Origin: Asterias rubens
Lineage: Eukaryota
Direction of reading: 5' to 3'
Assembly: GCF_902459465.1 (NCBI RefSeq)
Contig: NC_047062.1
Span: 16,616,001 to 16,680,000 of the forward strand
DNA: 64,000 nucleotides
The translations under genes and the position numbers were made by a program. Every line of letters starts with the position of its first letter. Position 1 is the stretch's first letter. Shown here one piece after another: positions 1 through 12,700 of the stretch. The notes under the pieces are model-generated. The model did no database searches, was not told the DNA's origin, and saw only the letters and a list, made by a program, of their open reading frames with translations.

Positions 1-45
1 GGTAAAACAAACGCAAACAGAACCTGTCAGCCAGGGCATAATCAA

Positions 46-209
46 GGGAATCAATGTGTGGTGAAGAGGTTTTCAACTAGTGGTGTAAACCCAATGAGGC
101 CTGGTTCTTGATAATTTTACCGAGACAAAGTCGAGGTAAATTATCAAGAACCAGGCCTCGGCGGGTTTAAACCACTAGTTGAAAACCGATTCAACACACT
201 TTGATTCCC
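46..209. repeat. Long imperfect palindrome (MITE-like hairpin)
   Basis: gggaatcaatgtgtggtgaa...ggttttcaactagtggt...gaggcctggttcttgataattt pairs with aaattatcaagaaccaggcctc...accactagttgaaaacc...ttcaacacactttgattccc. Confidence 0.8.
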
Positions 210-580
210 ATTCATGAATACCTTTTCAGTCAAAAAACATCAACGCCTTTGGTCAAAAAGTTTAATAAATGCAAAAATTAAAAATTGTTCAATGATTTCT
301 TTCAACACAACACCCCTCCAGCTATGAAAAGGTAAGGCCCTCCGCCGCCCTCGGGTAAACAACTCCTTATAAGGGAATCGTGTGCGCGTCGCGCGTATCA
401 GGTGATGTGGCACAACTGTCCCGGCCGTTGCTCTCTCGACCAATAGGAATGAAGAAATGACTTATAAGCACCCACAGGTCACAGGTGCAAGCTCGCGTGT
501 CACGCCCATCTTTCAAAACTTTTTTACTGGTCATAAACAAAGGTTTATACACACCCACGTGACGCGCTCTCCACCAATAG
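205..580. repeat. Interspersed repeat with an inverted-orientation relative at 8765-9025
   Basis: Shared blocks, e.g. cacccacgtgacgcgctctccacca, gtgcaagctcgcgtgtca and gatgtggcacaactg, occur as reverse complements at 8770-8960. Confidence 0.8.
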
Positions 581-3500
581 AAAATTTCGAAACTGTCTGA
601 GGTATTTCTGAATAATTATTATAAATCTAAGTGATGGGAGCAGAAAGTTGTTGTAATTTGTACATAAATTATTTCTTTTTGCTTGGATTGGATTGGAAAC
701 ATACATAAAAAATGGGACTCACTTGCAGTCAAAAACTTTAACATCTCTTGGTGCCAAAGCTAGGCAGTATCAAGCGAGCCGCCGCTGGTGGCGCGCTTCG
801 CGATATGCTTTTTGGCGTAGCGTTTTTGTGACCGAAGTACTCACATCCGGGAACTCGCAAACATGCAACCTGAAACTCGCCGATAGCTTTCTGCAGGGTG
901 TCTGCGGATTGATCTTGTTTTCTGCAGAATGTGAACCGGTTATCAGCTGGTGGAGGCCATCTTGGTTTCATTCATAAATATTGCCGTTGTCTACGAAAAA
1001 AAATCCCGATGATGAAAGTTTTTTCAAGACTTACAGGCTTGGTTAAAACTGCATTTTTCTGCCGATCGCGTCAGTTTTGGTTGCCCAACTTTGACATAAA
1101 AAACGATGCAGTGGATGGTCTCGACGTAGCTTGAAACCTAAAGAAACAGATGCACCATAGGTTTGTTTTCCTAGATACATCAATCACTGCTGTGTGAAAA
1201 GTGTCCCAGGTTGAAATTTTGGGCCCCGACGATGCCCGGTGTGTGCGGTCGGGGACGAAAACACCGCGGAAAACTGGACGAATCCGGCGTCAATCAGGGT
1301 AAGTAGAATTTCTTTATTTCAGCATTTAAATGATTAAGAACAAGACTAAACTTATTTTTAAAGATTTGTTTACGTAATTTAAACATTTTTATGTGAAATT
1401 TAGAGATACATTTTAGTAAACAATTTTAAAATATCATTTAAGGCTTCCCATCATATTAATGGAATAGTCCAAGTTTATGCTCAAGGTTTACGCCGAATTT
1501 TCCAAAGTGGACCATTCCATTATAGTAAATAGGGGATATATAATGAAGTGGTAAATAATGCAGTAAATTAGAATCGTGCTGATCAGAATTGATGAATATC
1601 AGGATGATTGAGAAACTTTTCTTCACTGTTGGTATTCTTAAACGATTTTTTGCACCAAAATGCTTTAAAAAATACAAATCTTCCAGATAATAATTTTGTA
1701 GAAGATTTTTTTTTTTTTTTTTTTTTGAGACTGAGGGGGGGGGGGGTTATTTTATTGTATAATGTATTCGATTTTGGCAGGTACATTAACTTCTTTTTTC
1801 TCTACTCTGTCTGTTTATTTAGAAACACAAGTACAACACATACTACAATAATTTTTAATATTCTTTTATTTAACAATTTGCAGCCTTCAAATCGGAAATT
1901 CAACTTCATGTGGAGACTTTGCCACACATGGGAAAACAATCTGACGTGACAGACTTTGGAGGAAGCAGCGACTGTTGTGTCCAATGTCTACCATTAGTAT
2001 GAAGTGCACACCTTCAACAGTCCGTACAGAATATCTGGAACAAAAAATGGAGAAAAGAATTGATAAATCTTGTGTTGATAACTAAATTACTTTTGAGCCT
2101 TTCAAATCACAGCCCTTTTTTAAAATTGGCGGCCATTTTTTAAAACTTGGCGGCCATTTTTAAAGGCTTGTACATTTTGCGGCCAATTTGGCAGTCATTT
2201 TAGAAATTTGGAGGCCGTTTAAATTTTAAGTAGCTTGTAATGACAATAATGATTTCATTTACATTTAATTTGTTTACTTGTAAGAATAAATGAAACTGTT
2301 ATACTCACGCAAACTTGCCATCGCAAAATGAAACCTGCGAATTGTTACAAAACTGTACTTGTTTAATACAAAATGGCAGCCATTTTGAATATTTAATTAG
2401 GTCTACTCACTTGCTAATCGCAAGGTCATCATAACTCAAAGTTGAGCGAGCTCCTTAAAACTACTTTTAAAATAAGTTTCTATAACAAGTAACCAAAGTA
2501 TTCTGTTAATAAACCTATACTGTGTATACGCATATACACGTACATGTTCATGTATGGTCACAAATTGTGCTTGCAATATTTTCCATCAAAAAGGGTCAAA
2601 TTTGACGATATAAATTGTGCAATAACTTTTGTTCTAAAATTCCCAAGACCTTGGGAGACCCCTCATTTTAAATGGCATGTAATGCCCTTTAACATGAAAT
2701 CAAAATCAGTTTGATCAGAGCAACTTCAAATTTTGATGAAACTGCCTACCAAAGCCTCAAACTTGACGGCTCCACAGTGACAACCTCCAGTATGCTTCAC
2801 AAGATCAGTCATTTCGAAAAATGTAAGATCTCTTGTTTCTTTTCCTTCTAAGCTGAGCGTTTACGTTTGATCATGGAGGAACTTGATGACCTATTTTGTG
2901 CGCCATGCCAGCTAGCTGATCAGCAAAACAATAACAACGCACGCCCCCTATCGACGACTGCGAGACTTACGAATGACATACGGCGGGCCTAATCACGCAT
3001 AAACCAAAATACCCAGTATCGCTCATGCCATAGTCCAGAGCATAGAATAAGTCTCTGTCCTTACATGGCCAGAGGTCACGCAAAAGGGGATTTTTTTGTA
3101 AATGTGTGGTGAAACGAAAATGATACAAAAAACAAAACGGACATTTATCAAAGTTTTATTAAACATATTCAGGGTCAATTTTATTCATCTAACTACTACT
3201 TCTTCTTCGATACTCCGTAGGATGGTAGGATCATGGAGGTAAAATAGTGCCGAGGAAAATCTTCCTAAAATCTGTAGTTCCATAACTGAATTACACTTCC
3301 AAATTAATCTTATTCAATGTATCGTGCTTTGCAAAACACCACGGGAAGAACGGAAAAAAACCCACCATCTTTTGTGATTCGATGGCCAGAAATAAAAACC
3401 CTTCAAACAAAAATAAAAACCCTGCAAACAACAATAAAAACTCTGCAAACGTTTTGTCCTGTTTTGCCAGCCATACCTTGAAACGTCACGCTCGGGCGCG

Positions 3501-3790
3501 CACGCACACATTGTAGTAACAGATAAATCGCAAGAGGTCGCCCTCTTATGTTGTTTATCGATAGTTTGTTTTTTGTGTCGGATCGATGATGATCAAATCG
3601 AGAAGAGGAGGATATAGGGCACTCATTCGATTCGTGTCATCATAGAGAGTAAGACTAAGTAGAGTAGAGTTGAAACATCGTCTTGGGGTTTTGCCTCTCT
3701 CCCTCTGACAGCCTGCCACTTTCTAGGGACTTAAAAGTACATCTTCTGACTACAGTAGTACAGCAGTTTCACCACACAAAAATCAGCATC

Positions 3791-6700
3791 ATGTCGGGAA
3801 TTTTCCGTAGGAAAGCAAACGCAGTGATGGAGTCTGTTGCGACGGGAAAAGACCGCTGGGTTTCTTGGTTGAAAGGCACAACATTGAAAGTGATGGGTTT
3901 TCTCATGCTTGGCACACTACAGCTGTGGATTTCACTTTTCCTGTATGGAAGTTTCTACTATTCTTACATGCCTACAGTTGCACACATCAGCCCTGTCTTT
4001 TTGCAGTTCAGGTTTGTATGGTAGATAGATAGATAGATAGATAGATTATAAACGTTTATTCAATGTTGCAAATAGTGTATAGTGTATAATACAGAGTAAT
4101 ATGGACAAAATAAAAGTAAATATAAAATATATTAAAAGATGGGAAAAGTTTCCGTATGGCGCCACCACTTTTTCATTCGCAATAAAATAATATAGTATCT
4201 AATTTACCTGATTGATATATCCCTTGTTGTAAAAAATGTGTGAAAAAGTGGTGGCGCCATACGGAAAGTTATCCAAAGATGAAACAATAAACAAAAGGCA
4301 ACATCTAGGTCCGGGGAGAAGCACAGCTTTTGTTCCCCAGCCTATGAACAGACAAACCAAAAAAACAGACAGACATTAAAAATACAGGACAAAACTAACA
4401 GGACAAAATTGACAGGTGTAAGACAGAAAACAAAGCCGTTACAATGTCTACATACAAAAATAACATCAGAATCTTAGTATTCATTAAGAAAACGAGTTTT
4501 TAGTTTTTTGGTAAAAGTTGAGAGAGTACGCAATGATTTAAAAGAGTCATCTAGACTATTCCAAAATAAAGTGCCACGCTGGACAACACCATTTAGACTA
4601 CGATAGTTAACATACAGATTTTTCCTAGCAGCGCTACGGGTATAATAGGAGTGGATGTTTGAGGTAAGTGTAACACTGGAGTTGAAATAAGCAGGTAAAA
4701 GATTATTCATATATTTATACATAAACTTTCCTAAGTTAAGATGATAAAGGTCAACGAATTTTAACAGTTTTAAATTACAAAAGAGAGGCCCAGAGTGCTC
4801 ACAATAGTCCGCTTTGGAAATAACCCGAACTGCACGTTTCTGAAGAGTAAGAAGTTTATTAGATTTAGGAGTTGGACTTCCCCATGTCAAAATAGCGTAA
4901 TAAAGATAAGGTAAAATAAAAGAGTTGTACAAGGTCAGTAATATGCTACAGGGAAGGACATTTTTAATCCGATTCATTATACCTATATTTCTAGATATTT
5001 TAACTGCTATAGTGCCAATATGCTTCTTCTTCCAAGTCAAATTTTCATCAATATGAATTCCCAGAAATTTAGTACCCTTAACCTGCTCAAGATTGGCATT
5101 ATTTAGAATTAAAGGAATAGACTGAGTGTACTTGAACTGGCTAGCACAAAATAAAATATAATTTGATTTGAGAACGTTTATACATAATTTATTTGCTAAA
5201 AGCCAAGAAGTGATTACCCTGAGCTCAATATTAAAGTTCTGCACAGCTAAGTCTACATTTTTATCTGAATACAACAAACTTGTGTCATCTGCAAACAAAC
5301 AAAATTTAATTTTTTCTGATGTATTGCAGATGTCATTAATGTACAAGATAAATAATAAGGGACCCAGAACAGAGCCTTGAGGTACACCGCAAGTAATAGG
5401 CCGTTCAGTAGATTTTACAGAATTGTACAAAACATATTGGGATCTATTACATAAGTAACTTTTAAACAAGTCAAGCGCTTTTCCTTGGACACCATAATGT
5501 TCTAATGTACGCATCAAGATAGCATGGTTAACTGTATCAAATGCTTTAGATAAGTCCAAAAAAATACCAACTGAAAAATGGTTTTCATCTAGATCATTAT
5601 ACAATTTATTAACACCAAAAGATGTAGCTAGATCAGTCGAGCGGTTACGTCTAAAGCCAAACTGTCTAAAGCCAAACCCAAAGGGTAATTTTTGTAAATA
5701 AACAAAATCAATCGGGTATAAATTAACTTTTCGAATAATTTCGAAAATGTTGATAAGACAGAAATGGGTCTATAATTTCCAACATCATGCTTGCAGCCTT
5801 TTTTATATATTGGTATAACCTGAGCCTTTTTTAACCCATCTGGAAAAACTCCAGCTGTTATAGATTTATTAAAATAAAACAACCCCCATCCCATCAAACT
5901 CCAACAGCAGGTTTTGTTGGGATTTGATGGGATGTGTACTGTGCAACTCTGATATGGTGTTGGGATATGATGGGATGAGGTCTGCAGGCCTTGGGTAACA
6001 GTGTTGGGATTTGATGGAGTGGGTGAGGTGAAGTTGTAGTTTTGGGTAGTTATTTCAATGGATTAGAAATTTATAAAAATATCTGCACTGAAACAGGTGT
6101 TGGGATTTGATGGGTAAGGCACTGCAGGCCCACACTCTTCATACTTTGTAGTAAGCCAAGAGTACACAACCCATCAAATCCCAACAGGTATGAGCCTGTT
6201 GGGATTTGATGGGATGGGTACTAATGCAGAATGTGTGCTGTTGGGATTTGATGGGTTGTGTACTGTGTACTAGCAGTGTTATTCCTTGGTGTTGGGATTT
6301 GATGGGATGAGGACTGATACTATAAAATATACTTAGGAGGTTAGGGTTGTCAGTAAGTGGCTTAGCCAGGGAGTACTTAGCCTGCTTAATAACACAGGAG
6401 TTCAATTCATCAAATCCAGATGCCTTTCCAGACAGAAACTTGTTTAGAGTGTCTACAATTTCTCCTTGCGTAATGGGTGTCAAGTAATGGGTGTCAAGAA
6501 GAGTGAATTCGAACATCTTGCACCAAGGAATGTTTCAACAGGGGTGTTAAATAATGGTAGCTTGCTGGCAAGGTTACTCCCTATGTCAACAAAGTACTTG
6601 TTAAAGGCATCAGCGATGTCTTTGCTAGCAGTAATTTTGTTATTGTCATCAGTACAAAAATAAGTGGGGTTCAAACTTTGTTTGTGCTTATTGAGTAATG

Positions 6701-9700
6701 AATTTATAAGTTTCCATGTACCTTTGATGTTATTTTTTTCCTGATTAAATTTTGTGCACAAGTAATACTTCTAAGCTAATTTTACAACAGTGTTCAATCT
6801 ATTTTTATACAAAGTATAAATGGATTTATTGTGTAAAGTACGGGTTTTAAGAAACTTCTTGTATAAGTGATTTTTCCTTCTAATAGAATTGTAGATACCC
6901 TCAGACATCCAAGGAGGCTTAGATTTATCATAACGATATTTCACATCAATCACTGGAAAATGTCTGTCATAGAGTTGTTTAACATAAGTTAAAAAAGTGT
7001 TGTACATACAGTTGATATCATTCACCAACGGTATAAAATCCCAATCAGTCGCATTCAGATCACAAATAAATTTTTCAATATTATCGTTACCATAAACCCG
7101 CCTTTTACATTTCACATTAGTCTGTGAACTCTCTCTAAGATTATCAATAATTAAAAAAACAGGTAGGTGGTCACTGATGTCAGTTATTAGAACCCCTCCA
7201 GTGTGGTTTAAATAATCATTTGTCAAGATATTATCAATTAAAGTTGCACTATCAGTAGTAATCCTAGTAGGCTTGTTTAGGGTGGGATAAAATGACTGAG
7301 AATCAAGAATTGACATAAAATGTTGCACAGCATTATCGGTATCACTCAGATTGCAGCAAATTTACGTTGTAATCACCCATAATATAACATTTTTTGTTCT
7401 CGGCATTAAGCCGACCTAACATTACATCCATGTCATCTGTAAAAACGTTACAAGAAACACTCGGGGGTTTATACACAATTCCAATTATAACATTAGATTT
7501 ATTGGAGTGAACAAGCTCAATAAAAAATGTTTCCGTTTCAGAGTTACCAATACACAAATCTTGACGTGTTTTATACACAAGATCCTGCTTTATATAAAGT
7601 ACAACCCCACCACCTCTTCTGTTTAGCCTGCATGAACCTTCTACTTTGTAATTTGGAATCTGAATCAACGGATCACAGACGTCCTCTAACCACGGTGTGG
7701 CCGTGGAAGGGATTTTTTTTTGCAAAATGGTCAAAATGTGCGCAGACTTTTACTCCTAAAGCTGTACCTGTAGTCTGGTACTGTTACGCAATGTCGACTT
7801 TGGTTGTGAAACCATTTCGCAAATAATGTGCGCATACATATTTTCTTTGGCAATGTATTTAAATAAATTAATTGCATGTATGCGCACATGTTCGTGTTTA
7901 ATTTTATTACAATACGGCCTACATCTGCGCACATAATATTTGCTAATTTTCACGACATCGCACAGGTCAGTGTTATGATAACCGGTGCATGACATGGACC
8001 CATCTTGAAACAGAGGGTTGCAATCAATGTGAATTATTTTTGTCATTCCTTAAAAAAAAGCAAATTTCAAGACAACCAAATTGATTTATGGTTTTTCCAT
8101 TTGCTAAGTAGACCTATTTGTGTCACAAAATAAACAATTCCTGAAGTGTCGCAGCATACCAGCATTAATCATTCAGGAATTCTCAGAGCTTTGTACTATG
8201 TCTTTGATTACAACACATAAAGTTGATACAGTTTCCAAACGCAAAGATTTTAATGAGGGTAGCACAAAGTAAAACAAACATGAGCTTCAATTCATTTGTC
8301 TGCTCTGAAAATTGCAAAAAAGTTCATTAAGAACTGGTCAGGATTTTAAACAGAGGTCACAGATGCCATACGCCTCTCTTAATACTTATGCATGACGTCA
8401 TAATTCTTACCCAAAATGAGGCTATGGGCGCACTTCCCCAATCACTTGCAGTGGCTGCGCCCATCGCCTCGTCTTGAGTTAGCATTGTGACGTACCTCAT
8501 GCATAAATATTAAGAGAGGCGTATGGCATCCATTGCCCATGTATTCGCCTCGGTGCTCCTTCAAAAGTTTCCAATGGACTAATATTTTTCAGTGGAAGTG
8601 CTCTTTGCAAAATTACACCCTAAATGATGAAATTATATATGCCTGTATGAATTGGATGACCGGGATTCAATGATTTATGCACGTTTGAATAGATCTACAG
8701 GCTACTCCTCTAAATTCCTCTTGAAAAAAAGGAATTCATACAATATACCTTAGACAGTTGCGCTATTCCTATGGTGGAGAGCGCGTCACGTGGGTGTGTA
8801 TAAACCTTTGATTATTGACCATTAAAAAGTGTTGAAACATGGGCATGACACGCGAGCTTGCACCTGTGCTTATAAGACAGTTCCTTCATTCCTATTGGTC
8901 GAGAGCAACGGCTGAAACAGTTGTGCCACATCACGGGATATGCGCGACGCGCACAGCATTCCTTTATTAGGAGTTGTTTACTGTTGATGTTTTTTTACCG
9001 AAAAGGTATATGAATGGGAATCAAAATTATCATCTACTAGACATGGGTTGTGTTTTTGGTTGTACGTGGGTTTGTAAACAATTTTCTTTTCTTGAGTGCC
9101 TCACCAAACATGAAGCCATGATTGAATTCCCAGACATGTGCATTGTTGGCTCTGATCAATATCCACCTTTGACAGGCCAGACAGTATTGTGAATGCAAGG
9201 TAAAGTCTTTGTGTGAAGTCCTTCATCCGCTGCCCAGGGTACATATGTCTACCTGGACACAATTCTTTGTGATGTTGACCTTAGCTTTTGTTTAAATTAA
9301 TGCCGTTACATAATCGCAAAAATTTCAGGGTACATTGTATTTAGGTCTATACCTAGACACTATTCTTTGTGTACAGACATTCGTCCTTAGCTTTTGTATA
9401 ACTTAAAATGCTGCCACACAATTCACAGAATTCCAGGGTACACTAGACACTGATTCTTTGAAGAGTTCCACGCTTAGCACAATCCACATAATTATAGGGT
9501 CTATACCTACTAGACACTCATCTCTGTTAAAAGACTGTTGGTAAAAGTAATGAATTTTATAGCATCAATGGCGTTTATTTTCTTTAGGGTGTTACAAACG
9601 GGCTAAAATTCTTTCTACTTGAGTCTGTTCTCTGAAATTTTCCCTTCAGAAAAATCATTAACACTAAACAGTAATAGTTGGTTATTTATTAGTAAGGCCT

Positions 9701-12700
9701 AAATAGTCAATTAGAGCCTACACCTTGTAGGTCCTCCCTTGTAATTTAAGTTTTCTCCGGTTTTGTTTTCAAGAACCAAAAATATCATGCCTGGACAAAC
9801 CAATTCTGCTCAACAGATGAATATTCTTAATATATTAGCCAGACATGTCAAGGACTTTCTTGTGACCATGTTTGCTCAGTACTGTTGAGCATGTTGTTTT
9901 CGTTTGCCAGTTGTTCCACTCATTTGGGGAGATTGGGTAGCCAGCCAAAACATACTTGTAATTTTAGCAGGTTTAAATTATACCCCCTCCCCCTAAAAAA
10001 CACCTCTAAACAACTTCTTATTAAACAAATTAAAGTACTGAAATGTGAACTGGATTTAAGCCTTTCAAGAGAACAGTGTTACCACGCCTCAAGTTTAGCC
10101 CTAGCACCACAGCAATTAATAAAGCGGTGCACTGTGCTTTTGCCATGGTGCCTTTTGAAAAGTTCCAAATAAAATAGCCAAGGAGCAAAGTTCAAAGTCT
10201 GTGGACCCGTACATCCCACTGTCTCAGTGGTCAAAATCACCTCAATCAAGTTCTTCATATTTATTTAATTTTGTATAATTATGGTTTTGTTTTTACACAG
10301 TTCATGTGTGGAGTATGGCACTCAACTGAACTGTCCGTTCCCAAGTGTAAATACAACCCTGGTGAAGAACTTGGAAGGAGGGACGAGCGTAAGTTTTTGT
10401 TGCACTTTCTCCATTACCATTTGTCAGGGCTTGAATTTGGGGGGGGGGGGGACAACCCCACAAGACTTTAAGCTCAAAATATTTACTGGACCAGAATTTC
10501 GTGTAAAAGACCAGAATTGAAATTAGAGGAGAAATGCCTACACAGTTTAACAATTGAATCGTTTGAAATCAATTGAACCCGTCTAAAAGTATGCCCAATG
10601 AACTGGAATGTTGTAAAGCGCCATTAGCTTCATGGATTAGGTGCATTGCATAAGAGTCATGTATCAACTAGTATTATTTACATTATTATTTGCAGCCTAC
10701 ACAATGTTGTTTTTCAATTGCCCTTCCATCTGCACTTTACAATTGCAATGCACAAAATAATTAATGGATTGTGATTATCACTTTAGCTAATAATAGCCTG
10801 GTCAGGGTCCATCAAAACACATGTCAAAGGGGGTCATGTTTACGCTTCACTGATGCTATACATATTATACATAATGACAGTCAAGTCATACATTTACATT
10901 ATAAATGAACCTTCTTATTGAAAATTGGAAGTTTGACGTCTACAATACTTCTCAACTTGCAGGTACAACGTTACAAGCATAGAGAAACCTTTCTCTTTGA
11001 CACATTCATATGTACCTCTTTTGTTGGCTCTGAAAATGAGTAGTTGATATGTTCTGGCTGATTCAAACGGTTGATATGCTTGTCTTTAGGAGACAATAGT
11101 GCAATAATTTTGGTCTGTTGATAAAATGGAGACTTTGTTTCATTAAAAATGGGATGTTTGCACTAAACCTTCTCAGGAACACAATTATTTGGTGTGGATT
11201 AGTTTTATGAAGAATGGATTTCTGTATGGTTATGTTTTTAATGCTATAATAAAGCAATCCTTTGAGTACAAGTTTTTTTTATGATGGACAACAGAGCCCA
11301 ATTTGAAAGACCTGCATTTAGAAATAGAAAATATTGCTCAACAGTTTGTTACGCTAAGCCAAAATGAGCACGATACCAGTCACAAATTGTACATGTTACA
11401 GAGTATTTTTGCTGGTAACCTTAGTCTAATAATTCTGTTGTGCTTGGCTACTTTTTGTGCTTAAGCAACTCAATGAAATTGGGCCCAGGTAGCACACCAC
11501 TCCTTGAAATGCATTTCTTCCCATGATCTTAACCATTATACATTTTTCAATTGCTGCAGTTGTTGATGCGTGGTCAGAGATACCAGGTTCTGCTTGAGTT
11601 GGAAATGCCTCAGTCTCCGGTCAATGAAAACCTCGGTGAGTAGATGAGTTGTGAGACATGGGGAATATAAAAGATACTTTTATTTTTATGATTCTCCAAA
11701 AATGTGTATTGTGGAAATTTGGAAATGAAGTGAGAAAATAGTTTGGCTGTTTGCTGTCTCTTATGAAACTTAGCAAAAGCTTGCCCTGAACCATGTGACA
11801 TCGAGCTGTGTAATAGTCTGAGGAATCCAAATGTAAACGGTAACTTGTGATCAAGGACATCATTATACCAGACAGTATTAATTGGACAAAGTTCTTGGAC
11901 AAAATTGGATGAAATGAAGTTAGAGGATGGAATTAAGTTAACATTTCCACTGCCAAGATAATGTAATTATCCTTCAAGTTATATGCTACAGTGTATCATG
12001 GTGCAACCAGATTCGGGTGACCAGACCCTTCTTATAATCAACTTATAATCAATTTATGTTCATTCATGTTATCAATTTATTGTTTTACTCCAGGTATGTT
12101 CATGGTTAAAGCGGACATGTTATCATTGGGTGGCGAGGTCACGGCAACTTCATCACGTCCAGTAAGTTAGGTTTAACTGTATGGTGTATTCGTAGTGCAT
12201 GTAGTGCACGTACATTATCATGTAGTGTTAAGGTGAAAGACATAGTCAGATGGATGCATGAGAGTATCCGTAACCTTTGCTGCCTCCATCTTTGTCTAAT
12301 ACGTGGGCCCATGGGCCAAATTTCATAGAGCTGGTTAAGCACAGAAGTAGCAAAGCACCACAACTTTTTTGTTTACCAGATTTACTACACTGCACATGTA
12401 CAATTTGAGACTGGTATTATGCTCGTTTCTGCTAAGCAGGAAAATTTGAAACAATATTTCTACTGAAGCAGCTCTTTCAAAATAGCCCCTGCTGTGCAAA
12501 GACAATCCTGAATACTGACTTGTACTTTAACAAAACGGAGCCATACTATCTTTTTGTATTGAATTAAATTCATGGGGCTGTTTTTTATGTACATTTTTTG
12601 GACTGAGAGAAAAAAATCAAGAATGCTTAAACAGGAACATGATTATTAAAATGTTATGTGGAAGGTAGAACAAAATTTATTTAACCAAGGCTTGTGTTCA

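Larger units (their letters stand above)
4022..8046 (-). mobile_element. Decayed CR1/L2-group LINE (near full-length ORF2: APE endonuclease + RT) in seipin intron 1, antisense
   Basis: Frameshifted ORF pieces 7756-8046, 7342-7734 ([26 protein letters not shown]), 6771-7328 (LIDNIL, SDHLPV), 6480-6761, 6139-6516, 5628-5897 ([16 protein letters not shown]) and 4474-5604 ([32 protein letters not shown]). 3' end has AATAAA plus a (TCTA)n tail at 4022-4046. Confidence 0.93.

Noticed and set aside
3170-3264. Exon-like minus-strand segment upstream of seipin
   Set aside because: Weak polypyrimidine tract, short frames, no recognisable product or upstream exon.
5890-6306. CRISPR array call
   Set aside because: Repeats are only 17 nt, occur in both orientations, spacers range from 25 to 79 nt and are partly related, no cas genes are present and the context is a eukaryotic intron. 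Kept as a repeat finding instead.
6337-6350. TTAGGG telomere-like motif at the edge of the repeat insertion
   Set aside because: A single hexamer is expected by chance in a G-rich segment.
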